A DNA stretch of 63,185 bases, counting the filler, from Octopus bimaculoides (Eukaryota), in the NCBI RefSeq assembly GCF_001194135.2. It is 6 parts of 5 records of this genome, joined end to end, with 100 filler letters (N's around TTAATTAATTAA, not from the genome) between each part and the next. Parts side by side here need not be neighbours in the genome. Positions count along the whole stretch, not along the records: positions 1 to 27,950 come from NC_068986.1; 5 more parts are not named here. One strand, 5' to 3'. The position numbers were made by a program, and so were the translations under genes. This document shows positions 12,204 to 23,821 of the stretch, one piece after another; positions within the stretch are counted from its first letter, which is position 1, and the number at the start of each line of letters is the position of its first letter. Under the pieces are notes generated by a model, which saw nothing but the letters and a program-made list of their open reading frames with translations, was not told the DNA's origin and searched no databases.

Positions 12204-12364
12204 TCGTTCATCTTCATCATCAATCTTTAGTAAATATCCTTCGTTTGCTTCACATGCCAGCTGTGCTTCCAGCCATGGACGACGTACCATAGTAGTAATC
12301 AAATAACAGGAGTTGCTATCTGGTCTGTAGATCCAGTCCTTTGGGCAAAAATGTCCATGAGCAT
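12204..12364 (-). CDS. C-type lectin domain gene, first exon seen (CTLD N-terminal part): xAHGHFCPKDWIYRPDSNSCYLITTMVRRPWLEAQLACEANEGYLLKIDDEDER
   Basis: caatatcttttcAG acceptor (12366-12365), 161-nt exon (2+53 codons), GTaagt donor (12203-12202). C-P-x-x-W...CY...W-x-x-A-x-x-x-C...L-x-x-I-x-x-x-x-E pattern. Joins phase 0 to the exon at 1430. Confidence 0.95.
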
Positions 12365-15300
12365 CTGAAAAGATATTGAAGCAGGTCAGTTAAAAAGAAA
12401 AGAAAACGCGGCAATATTTGTTACTTATGATGAGGCTCAAACTCCATACTTTTGTGTATTTCGGTCTCGGGTTTTGTTTAAGTTTCTCCAGAGAGTAACG
12501 ACTCTGCTCGATATAAGATCTGGGCTCAGCTTGTTCATGCTGACTGCACCCAGTAAGGGCCTCATGCCAAGCGTTACGGACTGGTGTTGTAGACTAGGTA
12601 CTTTACAGTAGGTTTGGGATGTGACATTAGTGATTAATGACGGTCCGACAATTCCGTGATGTCATCAAAGATTGTAGGACACTAGGTAGTCCTCAGACTT
12701 AGGTTCTGATAATATATGTTCTGTAGAATATTTGCAATGAATAGAGGGTTGATCTGGGTTAAACAATAACAACAATAACAACAGCATATAGTTTTTGGCA
12801 AGACACAAAAAGCTCCAGAGTTGTGTGGCGCCTACCTTTCTGGCAAGCATTAGTGACTCTATTGAAGAGCAATAGCTCAAACCAGGATTTCCGATTCGAT
12901 TTAAGGAACACATAAATATACAACCCAAGACTTTAAAACGCATTCTTCTCCTTTTTTCACTGCACCTTATATGATTATGGAAGAAAAGAAGAATGCGGAA
13001 CGCGAAACCTTTCCAGGATAATCTGTAGTATAAATGAGGTGAAAACATAAAGATGTGTGAATCTCAAGTGGAAGCTGTTTCGCTTCACTTTCTTTACAGT
13101 GCTTGCAATAAAAGTACTGATATATTGATTTCCAGCACTGACACAAGGTGGCGGTATTGTCGATTAGAAGGATCTCAGTATTTTACTAGAATTTTACCAT
13201 AGCAATCTCTAAGGCCTCTGACGAACAGGATTGAATAAAATTAGCACCTGGAAACCGTATGGACATGATTTAAAGGTTTATGTGGAAAACTAGTACTTGT
13301 CCATCTAAATCATCCCTCTTCACGCTAACGATGCACTCCTTTGAGATGAAAGGTAACCAGTGTCATCGCAAGCGTGTTCAAAACGCAAAGAGTCAAAGCA
13401 ACTACAGCCAATTCTGCCAATTTATCTCTTTAGACAGACCCTATTTTATTCGCCCCAGAAAGCTGAATGATAAGATGGATCTCGGCAGGATTTCAATTTA
13501 GAATGTAAAGTACTGGATCAAATATACACAAAGTATTTTGTTTAATATTTCTAGTTATTCAGCTGTCTTACTCCCGAGCAATTATATATTAATAAAGGTA
13601 TGGTTGATTAATAAATGGAGTAATTAGATAAAGTTTGTCTCTCCTGCAAAGACATCGCAATGAGGAATTGTGGTGCAGAAGAGGATTACGGAAATAAATG
13701 CATAGAAAACAATTGCGTAAAAAACATTTAAGCTAAACCTTAGAGTTATTGAAACATTTGCAAAAGCACGTGGCTTAGTGACAAAGGAGTATTCAGTTCC
13801 GGATCATAAATCTGTGGGTTCAGTTCTTAAGTCGTACATCAAGCTGCGTCATTGAACAAGTTTCTTCATTTAACGTTTCTACAGTTTACTCAGCTTTAAT
13901 GCGTACCAGCTGGATGCTGATACATATTTTTTTGCTTTCTCTCTCTCTCCCTCACCCCCTCCCTCCCTCCCTCCCTCTCTCTCTCTCTCTCTCTCTTCTC
14001 TGTCACATTGTGGTTGTGCCACTGGATCAAGGCTAGGAAGCTGTCTATGCTTGATCAGAGCTACAGAGGCATCTAAAACAATTATCGAAAGCATGGTACA
14101 TGTTACTAATACAGAGTCGCATACGGAAACGGTTTAGGCGTCATGCACACACACACACACACACACATGTAAACGCACACCCGCATGTATACGCACAAAA
14201 CGCGTGTGCACGCGTACATACGCTTACACATGCACACACGCACTCCTACGCGCTGACATGCACTTCTGTTGTGCCTGTGCGCCATGCACACATACATATC
14301 ACACACACATCTGCATTCAAACGCACTCCCACGTGCACGCATACACACATTCGCACAAAACATACACACACACACACACACACATACACACGCTAACACA
14401 CATGCACACACACACACACACATTAATGTAAGATTAGCAACAGTGTGGATCACTTAAAGACTTGAAGTGAAAATGTTTGTCTTTAAAGTGATATAGTTTT
14501 GCCATGAAAAGAGAAGACAAAGTAACTTCATTTTGTCGTGGAAATGAAAAGTTCGTTTCGCATCTCGGGTTCGATCTCACTGTGCTGCATTTTGAACACA
14601 TTTCTTTTGGCATAACCTCGAGTTCTCCCCAGCTTGTGATTTAAATCGTGTTGATGTTAATTGCATAGAATCCCTTCCGGAGGGATAATATCAATTCTTG
14701 GGCGGCTTAATCCGTCGCCCGATTAAATATCATCTAGCCACTGGATACCTTTAGCGGAATTCATTCTTTTCCAAGTATTTAGACCAGGTCTCCGGTTTCA
14801 ATAAACTCTATGCCCTGGTGCATGACTTTAAATCACAGCAACCCTATAGTAATGATCTCCGAATCTTGAAGACCCTGCAAAAGTGTTATAGCCGTACGCG
14901 GTTTATGCTCTCACTAAAACATATTTAAAAGCTAAGGCCTCGAACCGATTTACAGAAAAGCATTTAATACTGCTGTTTTGCAAAATTGCAATTTGGTACA
15001 GTTTGTTGAACCGGATATATTTCCACCATCTCTTAACTGTATTGCAACAGTTAAAAAGTAATAACAATAAACGACATTGTCAAAAACAGAAAATTTTTTA
15101 AATGTAAGTTATCAATAAGAACAAAAATTACAATAGCTTTGTTTTGTTTGTTAGTGTATATATTTATTTTAAATTTTATATCAACAAAACAGCCGCAGAG
15201 AAACATTCTTTTGGTGGTTGGGGAGAGTAATTAAATCCGGTGTCACAATTTGGGTAACATGGAATATATTTAAGTAAGCAACTTTCTTAAACTAATGGAA

Positions 15301-16164
15301 ATGGATAATATTTCTATAACAAAGAGCAATAGATTGCTAGGAACGGTAAAGCGTCTGAGAATTTTAGGCAGGATAAGAGTTTGAGGTTTCTAGAAACAGA
15401 TGTCAAATCTCTCTCAAATTAAACCCTTCTGTTTAAAAAGCGAAATATATATTGGTTAGTTCTATTCCAGTTGCAAGGCGCCGAATTAGTAGGGTTATTA
15501 GAGCGTTAGTAATGTAATTTGCAGTATCTATTTCAGCTTTGCGTTCAAATCCTAGTAAAATCATCTTTAATTTTCACTATTTTGTGGCCTAAGAATAAAA
15601 TACCATTTAAGTACAGAAATCAAATTGTTTTTTATTTTATCTTCTCCCATTTTTAGAAATAGTCACAGATAACATGATGGTATCTACTGAAATGAACAGT
15701 CGAACGAAGGCAACAGGAAACCCCATTTTGTATTCTTCCATGAAAATTCCTTGAGAAGCACATACTTCTCAAAAAGAAGTGGTTCTAGAAACGTCCTCGA
15801 TATGCTCTGTCTGCATAAAAAAGGACAGAGGAAATAACTTTGATCACAAACAACTATGATCAAACACTTTCTAGTCATGAAACCGTCTTGTCTTCAATCA
15901 GTTCTAATCTGGTACTAGGCAAAAACAACGAATAATTTTCTTCAATATAGTTTCCGGAAAATCTTTGTGTGCAAACAGGAATTTCGTACTTCGATTTATA
16001 ATCTCTTTTATTTTGTTGTAGTAGGAGGATGGCTTAGCTTTTCTTGAATTTCTTTAGATTCGTCACTCACTCCTCAGGCGCACATTACATTTAGGTACTA
16101 CTCATGAATAATTATTATTTTTCAATTTATTTATTCATTTATTTATCTATTGTTGCAATAATAT

Positions 16165-16378
16165 TCCTTTCTACTATAGACACAAGGCCTCAAATTCTGC
16201 GGGAAGGGGTAGTCAATTACTTTGACCCCAGTGCACAACTTGTACTTATTTTATCGACCCCGCAAGGATGAAAGGCAAAGTCGACCTCGGCAGAATTTGA
16301 ACTTAGAACGTAAAGACGGACGAAATGCCGCTAAGCATTTTGCTCGGCACGATAACGATTCTGCCAGCTCACCGCCTT
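16165..16378 (-). mobile_element. SINE family A, near full length
   Basis: Reverse complement begins aaggcggtgagctggcagaatcgttatcgtgccgagcaaaatgcttagcggcatttcgtccgtctttacgttctaagttcaaattctgccgagg (A/B-box-like head). Confidence 0.9.
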
Positions 16379-17214
16379 TATTGTTGCAATTTGTAAAATT
16401 GGAACATAGGAAAATATTTTGAAGAAGAGGTATCATAATTTTATTTAATCTTCTTCTACCCAATCGGGAAATTAAACTTCGATAATTCAACTTCATTCAG
16501 ATTGGTGTTTAGAGTCTTGTTTGTGCCTGTCTCTCAGTTCAACTTCAACTGTTCTCCTTCAGAAATTATTTCACCATCCAGATTTTTGCTTTCCAGGTGT
16601 TAACCATCTTAATATTATTAAAATTATCCCCGCCTCTAGAGAATGTATCATAATTACCAAATGGTAATTAAAACCTCTCTGCTTGGTAAAGAATGATAAT
16701 CACAAGATTCAAGAACTATTCGAAGCTGACATGCCTTTAATTAAAAGAGATAATCTTAGTATTCGAAAGGAAAGCTTTTACGTAATTGTTCGAACTGCAG
16801 GAAATAATAGATAACCTCCCTCATATAACACCCTACCATCTTACAACAATCTTGTCTGTCGTAAATATTGGATAATGAAGTTCATGATATACAAAGTGAC
16901 GAGATGGTCATGACTAGAATGCCTTTCATCATTGTCTGATCTGGTTCGGTCACGTCTGATTTGGAATTAAGCACAACTTCGTTTACTACGAGCCAACATG
17001 AGAAGTCTTCGCTGCAGTTGCTCTAATTGATAGAAATTTTCCTGAAAACATATACATATGAAGGACTCTCCCATCGAGGACAACGTATGAGTATTCATCT
17101 CTTGCCGAACGAGCTGCACAAATGGTTTGTTTATAGTGGTTAAATATATGTGTCGCACATTAGATCACTCTTTCCATCAAATCGACGTTGTTTGAACTGG
17201 TGCACGGTCTACCA

Positions 17215-17355
17215 CGTGTCAGGTGTCGAAGAAATCGCAAAGCAACGAGAGATGAAGTGTTTTCCTCAAGAACACAACGCACCACCAGGTCTAGGAACTG
17301 AAACCACGCCCTTGCGATCGTAAGTGTAACACCTTAACCAGTAGGCCATGCATCC
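17215..17355 (-). mobile_element. tRNA-headed SINE family E
   Basis: Reverse complement gcatggcctactggttaaggtgttacac...ggtttcagttcctagacc...tgtgttcttgaggaaaacacttcat; same family as 18567-18690. Confidence 0.7.
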
Positions 17356-17369
17356 TTATATGTGTGTGA

Positions 17370-17424
<55 letters not shown>

Positions 17425-17783
17425 CAAGTGGACAGACGAAAGAAAAGGGCACTCAACAAATTTGGTAGGAGTTACATGTATTATTTAAAACAGTTTTATT
17501 NNNNNNNNNNNNNNNNNNNNNNNNNNNNNNNNNNNNNNNNNNNNNNNNNNNNNNNNNNNNNNNNNNNNNNNNNNNNNNNNNNNNNNNNNNNNNNNNNNNN
17601 NNNNNNNNNNNNNNNNNNNNNNNNNNNNNNNNNNNNNNNNNNNNNNNNNNNNNNNNNNNNNNNNNNNNNNNNNNNNNNNNNNNNNNNNNNNNNNNNNNNN
17701 NNNNNNNNNNNNNNNNNNNNNNNNNNNNNNNNNNNNNNNNNNNNNNNNNNNNNNNNNNNNNNNNNNNNAGAGTCTGTCATACC

Positions 17784-17823
17784 GGCCATGACGAAGGGAA
17801 ATAGCCCTGAAACTCGAGTCGCC
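17784..17823 (+). ncRNA. Minimal type I hammerhead-ribozyme-like motif with a 1-nt core insertion
   Basis: GGC-c(a)TGACGA-AGGG(aaatag)CCCT-GAAA-C(TCGA)G-TC-GCC: all three stems pair, palindromic TCGA loop III, GUC cleavage triplet. Confidence 0.6.
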
Positions 17824-17825
17824 TT

Positions 17826-17857
<32 letters not shown>

Positions 17858-18566
17858 TATATATTTGATCCTTTATATTGAACACTCAATATTTCATCTA
17901 CATTCAATACTTTCTTTCATGGTGCCATCCATTTTTATGTTATTTTATTTTATATTGTATATTGTATATCATATTATATATTGTATATTCCATATTCTAT
18001 ACCCCACATTAGTTCTGCAGGAATATAAATAAAACATAAAAAACAGACAGTGTTGGAACTCTTTTAAGCAAAATTATATATATATATATACATATATACA
18101 CTGGAGGCCGATTTGATCGCTGTCCCCTCTCCTTCCATCAAAATGCGTACGTGGAGACAACGCCTGGAGGGTGATATTCTTTCTAGTAATAATGTTTTCT
18201 GATATGGGTATCTGATTACTCAGTTTGATGTAAGGACAGGGGATATCGATTATACGCCCCCAGTATTTGACTAGTACTTATTTTTACCGAACCCAACAGT
18301 ATAATAAATAACGCAAGTCAGTTTCGGTGGGTATAACAGAAAATGCTTTGTACAACACACTGCCCTTGCAATGATAAATATTAGTACAAGTACTTGGTTG
18401 TTAATGTTGTTGTTGATTATGATGATGACGGTGGTGGTGGTGATGGTGTCAATGGTAGTACTACTGGTGTGACAGTGACGGTGCTGATGGTGATTATAAG
18501 TGAGGTTCGTGTTGTGGTAGTGGTGGTACTAGTAGAAGTTGTGGTAATATAGATGAAGATTGTGAA

Positions 18567-18990
18567 GGCGCCTGGCCTAGTGGTTAGAATGCTACACTCA
18601 ACTCACGAATGCTAGATCGTGAGTTCGGTTCCTGGACCGGACAGCTCGTTGTGCTCTTGAGCAAAACACTTCATTTCACGTTGCTCTTCGGCTGGGAGAG
18701 TGGCAGAATCGTTGGTGCATCGACAGAAATGCTTCTCGGTTCTCTACATTCTTAGTTGAAATTCCACCTGAATGGTGGTGAGCTGGCAGAATCGTTAGCA
18801 AGCTGGGAATACTACTTAGAGGCATTTCGTCCATCTTAACGTTCTGAATTCAAATTCCGCCGAGGTCGACGTTGCCTTTCATCTTTTCGATGTCGATGAA
18901 ATACGGACCAGCTGAGCTCTGAGGTCAATGTAATCGACTTAGCCCCTTCCCCCAGAATTGTTGATCCTGTGCCAAAATTTGAAATCAATA
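18567..18990 (+). mobile_element. SINE cluster: family E head (18567-18690) followed by a partial and a full family A copy
   Basis: ggcgcctggcctagtggttag...cttgagcaaaacacttcatttcacgttgc; then gagtggcagaatcgttgg...; then ggtggtgagctggcagaatcgttagc...gtgccaaaatttgaaa. Confidence 0.8.
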
Positions 18991-19216
18991 TAGATGAACA
19001 TTATGATGATGGGAGTGATGGTAGAGGAAAGGGTGGTGGTGCCATAGTACTGTGTAATGTTACGGGGTTGGTAGAGGCGATATTGTTTGATAGGAGCGGT
19101 GATATGGGCGAAAGTTGTAGTGTTAGTTTAAAATATGGATATACTGTAAGATGTGTTAGTAAATGGTGTTAGAGGTGATGTTGATAATAGTAGTGATGGT
19201 TGCGGAAGGATTGGTG

Positions 19217-19354
19217 GGGTGGCGTAGCTACAATGTGCGCTGCCCGATGCAAAAAGCATATATAGGCTTAAGCAGAAGACCCAAAATTGCAGCCCCATAA
19301 ATACGTTGCCTGGGGTTGATCGCTCCTTCGCTTCACTACCTAGCTATATTACTG
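19217..19354. mobile_element. Possible degenerate MITE with CAGTGGCGTAGC-type ends
   Basis: Left gtggcgtagcta; right tagctatattactg (reverse complement cagtaatatagcta). Imperfect, no TSD seen. Confidence 0.3.
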
Positions 19355-19395
19355 CTCATGGTGGTGAGAGTGAAAATGTTTGATAGATGTGATGA

Positions 19396-19445
<50 letters not shown>

Positions 19446-20027
19446 AACGTGGTGAGAGTATTTTGTAGGGAGGGGTGGCAACGAAAGAAGTGGTGTTAGT
19501 ACATTTTGCCATCGTCGTCGTCACCGCCGTCGCCGCCGTCGTCATCGTCGTCGAAGTCGTCGCCGTCATCATTGTTATCGCCGTCGTCTAGTACCAGTAT
19601 CAGTGATGTCACTGACACATATTAGGTAGTAGCTGTTCCTTAGTGATCACCATGGTGTTATAGTCCGTTGAGACGATGACGTCAATGATACCACGATACA
19701 TCTCAGGCAATATTCTGCTCAAAGTTTCTGCTAGGATGCATCATTGCTTAGTAAATCGGTTTTGATGTGGATTCTTATTAACTTGTTGATTAGGTTACGT
19801 TAGATTTACGGTGATCGATAAACTTCTTCAGGTGTCATACTTCATACGCAGAACTGACGACTACTTGTCTGTAACTATGCACTATACACATAGCCATACG
19901 TGTGTGTGTGTGTGTGTGTGTATGTAAGCATGTATGTATGTAATATATGTATGAATATGTAAATGTGAACGTGTATGCCACACACTCACATACTCTCCCT
20001 CTCTTTCTCACTCTGTGTATGTAAGTA

Positions 20028-20122
<95 letters not shown>

Positions 20123-21639
20123 TATGTACATATACACACATTTGATACTATTGTATTATATAAGTATAATACACATATATGTATATATGTGTGTGTGTGT
20201 ATATATACACACACACACGTACTAGCAATGCATCCCGGCGTTGCTTGGGTGTTATGACCTACAACCACATTATGTATTATTTCTTCCTTTCTTATGGGCA
20301 GAATCGGCACAGCTAATATATAGTGAACTGGATTATTGGCTTAATGGAAGTTATTGTTTGTTTAAAAGTGAAGCGGGGAAGGGTACAATTTGCATGAATT
20401 TGCATGAAAGTGCTTTTTGTTCTTCAGAAGGATCACAAAGTATGTATTGTTTTATCGTATAAAATGGACTTAATACGATTTTGCCCAGAAATCACGTTTT
20501 CAAATTTTTTATTTCCCCCCGTCTCCACCGCAATTTCTTAACTTGTAACATTTTTCGATTTTTTTTTATCCAGGTAAAAAAAAAAACAGAGAGATTACGA
20601 ATCTGGGAACTATATATATATATATATATATATNNNNNNNNNNNNNNNNNNNNNNNNNNNNNNNNNNNNNNNNNNNNNNNNNNNNNNNNNNNNNNNNNNN
20701 NNNNNNNNNNNNNNNNNNNNNNNNNNNNNNNNNNNNNNNNNNNNNNNNNNNNNNNNNNNNNNNNNNNNNNNNNNNNNNNNNNNNNNNNNNNNNNNNNNNN
20801 NNNNNNNNNNNNNNNNNNNNNNNNNNNNNNNNNNNNNNNNNNNNNNNNNNNNNNNNNNNNNNNNNNNNNNNNNNNNNNNNNNNNNNNNNNNNNNNNNNNN
20901 NNNNNNNNNNNNNNNNNNNNNNNNNNNNNNNNNNNNNNNNNNNNNNNNNNNNNNNNNNNNNNNNNNNNNGAAATTTGTAGTGTTTGTTGAAGAAAAAGAA
21001 GGAAGAAGAAAATTCTTAAAAAATCGTATTCTCTGTATTTTTTTGTTTTTTTTTTCTCCGTGGATTACCAAGAAAAACATTTGGAAAAAAGTAAAAATGA
21101 AGAAATTGAGGAGGGGAGGGAGAAAATTAAAATATTTTTGGGGCGAAATCCTAATCTCCTGAATCGAAAACACAGGAATCGGAAGAAATTTAGGAAAAAA
21201 ATAAGGGACGGCGCAAATGTCACCTTGGACATGCTAAAAACAACAGGTAAAGGACAGGATTTCTGGGAAAACTTCCTTTTAAGTTTATATCGAAGATCAG
21301 GTTTTTAAATACGCTCATCACAACACAAATACAAATATAGAATAGAAAAAGGTCATTTCAATCGGATTAAAATGGCATAGTTTATATATATATTACAATA
21401 ATGTTGAAACAGGGATACGGGAAAGTGCAGCATCGACGACAAAACATTTGTGGAATAAATAATGGGCTAATGCGACTAAGCGACATGTTATGAGTCCGTT
21501 TGGAGTATTCCAGGCCCTAACCTGTCATGGAAAATTGGGGCGTATGTTATTTTTTAACGCACCGTAAAACTCTTAGTGGATATACTCCCCTTTGTGGCGG
21601 TCCGCGCTGCGTCTAACATAACCCATCGTCTGAAGTTTT

Positions 21640-22177
21640 GAAACCTCCTTCGGGTTTGTTGACCTATATCACTCATAAAGTAAATTTGGAGGAACTGGTT
21701 GTTCATTTGTGGGTTACAGGGAAATAATGAGGTGATAGACTTGCCCTTGAACGTCCAGCGTCAGTGTCAATCCATGTTCAACTATCTCCTTAGATGCACC
21801 AAAGGGTGTCATTTGAAAGGCAGGGTTGTATTGTCTGATATTGTCCAGAATATCCTTTGACTGGATGGAAGTGTTTTCCAGAAGACCCATAAGACATTGA
21901 GAAAGAGCTAATAGTGCTGGCAATCTTACCTTACAGCCTGAGCAGTACATGCCATTAGCATCATTTGGAAATTATAAAGCTTTGCAGAAACGATAATTTG
22001 AATTTAGCACAACAATTTGGACAAAATTTTCAGTTTTATAAGAATGGGATGGATCACATCTGAAAGCAGCTTCAGGAGTTGTGAAGTACGAATTTGTACG
22101 AAGTCTGTTTCTGAGAGTTTTTCTATTGAACCTCTGTCTAATCAAGAAAAACGTTATTTTAATCTTTCAGCATTAAG
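21640..22177 (-). pseudogene. Helitron RepHel N-terminal region, degenerate
   Basis: Minus reading TPEAAFRCDPSHSY...VQI...FCKAL*FPNDANGMYCSGCKVRLP...DILDNIRQYNPAFQMTPFGA...LDVQGQVYHLI.SL...FLQIYFMSD matches the recalled Helitron N-terminal pattern (AF.YDP, C..C.A, MCC..GKV.LP, NIR.YNS.FQMTSFG, QGQVYH, FLQIYF). Confidence 0.9.
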
Positions 22178-23482
22178 TGCTGCAGCATACTTTTGCTGAT
22201 CTTGGGAAAGTTTCATCCCCCTCCTCTCTTGAGACTCCATTTGACATGTTGTATAATTCTTTTGCTGATCTTGCGAATGTCTCATCTCGCTTCAGTCTTG
22301 AGACTCCATTTAATGTGCTGCAGCATGCATTTGCTGATCTTGGGAAAGTCTTATCTCCTTTCTGTGTTGAGACTCCATCTGACTTGCTGCAGCATGCCTT
22401 TGCTCATTTGTGGAAAGTCTCATCTCGCCCCTGCCTTAAGACTCCATTTGACGTGCTGCAGCGTGCTTTTGATGATCTTCTGCAAGTCTCATCTCGCTCC
22501 TGCCTTCAGACTCCCTCTAACGTGCTGCAGCATGCATTTGCGGGTGTTAGGAATGTCTCATCTTCCTTCTATCATGAGACACCATTTGACTCGCTGCAGC
22601 ACGCCTTTGCTGATGTTAGGAATGTCTCATCTTCCTTTCTCTATTGAGACTCTATTTGACGTACTGCAGCATGCTTTTGCTGATTTGGAGAAAGTCTCAT
22701 CTCCCTTCTGTATTGAGACTCCATTTGACCAGCTGCTGCACGCCTTTTCTGATGTTGGGAATGTGTCATCTCCCTTCTGTATTGAGACTCCATTTGATGT
22801 GCTGCAACGTGCCTTTGCTGATCTTCTGAAAGTGTCATCTCGCTCTTGCCTTAAGACTCCATCTGACGTGCTGCAGCATGCATTTGCTGATGTTAGGAAT
22901 GTCTCATCTTCCTTCTATCATGAGACACCATTTGACGTGCTGCAGCACGCCTTTGCTGATCTGGAGGAAGTCTCATCTCGCTTCTGCCTTAAGACTCCAT
23001 CTGACGTGCTGCAGCATGCATTTGCTGATCTTGGGAAAGTGTCATCTGCCTTCTCTCTTGAGACTTTATATGGCGTGCTGTGGCATGCCTTTGCTGCTCT
23101 TGGGAAAGTCTCATCTTTCTCTCTTGAGTCTCCATTTGATGTGCTGCAGCATGCCTTTGCTGATCTTGGGAAAGTCTCATCTCGCTTCTGCCTTGAGACT
23201 CCATTTTTTGTGTTATTGCATGCCTTTGCTGATGTAGGGAATGCCTCATCTCCCTTCTGTCTTGAGACTCCATCTGACGTGCTGCAGCATACATTTGCTG
23301 ATCTCGGGAAAGTCTCATCTTCCTTTCTCACTTGAGATCCTATCTGATGTGCTGCAGCATGCCTTTGCTCATCTTGGAAAAGTCTCATCTCCCTTCTCCC
23401 TTGAGACTCCATTTGACGTGCTGCAGCATGCTTTTGCTGATCTCGGGAAAGTCTCATCTCTCTTCCCTATTGAGACTCCATT
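22178..23482 (-). repeat. 19 x 69-bp coding minisatellite; minus strand encodes 23-aa STPR-like repeats (ESQERREMRLSQDQQRHAAARQM)
   Basis: Units counted by eye from tgctgcagca; most are 69 bp, two are 70 bp and one is 66 bp. Minus-strand ORFs 22918-23457, 22989-23318 and 22641-22838 show the peptide. Directly upstream of the Helitron remnant on the same strand. Confidence 0.9.
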
Positions 23483-23821
23483 AGCTTAAGGGTAAATATA
23501 TAATTGTAAATACCTGGCAACCTTACAACTGTTGCTATAATTATGAACTGGTAATTGAACGGTGTGTGTTTTTATATGCATTGTACTTGTCACCTAATTG
23601 TTTTTTGTCAAGAGTTTCACCTCCAGTCGTTCCTTATGTCAGTCAATACACATACACTGACACACCATTCCGCTGTCATGGCGGTAAAGACGGAAAGTTC
23701 CCGATGCATAATGTTGTTCACATTACGATATGAATTATTTATTTATCACGGTAGAATTAAAAGTGAAAGAATAAAAGTGAAACAATATTATAGGCTTAGA
23801 ATGAAAATGGAACTTCATTCA

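Larger units (their letters stand above)
20222..23820 (-). mobile_element. Internally deleted Helitron (3' hairpin+CTAG at 20249-20222; coding remnant 23481-21640)
   Basis: Minus strand ...cccaa-gcaacg-ccggg-atgcattg-CTAG|T terminus, on the same strand as the RepHel N-terminal remnant. Continuity across the gap at 20634-20969 and the 5' TC end are not confirmed. Confidence 0.65.

Noticed and set aside
22193-23335. 380-aa plus-strand ORF (and 156-aa ORF 22177-22647) of LQHAFADLGKVSS.../LILGKSHL... repeats as a novel repeat protein
   Set aside because: It is the antisense shadow of the 69-bp array. It changes repeat frame mid-ORF at the unit-7 insertion, while the minus strand gives a recognisable STPR-like repeat contiguous with Helitron sequence.
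22178-23482. CRISPR-like array
   Set aside because: Units are contiguous 69-bp tandem repeats with no unique spacers, in a eukaryotic context with no cas genes.
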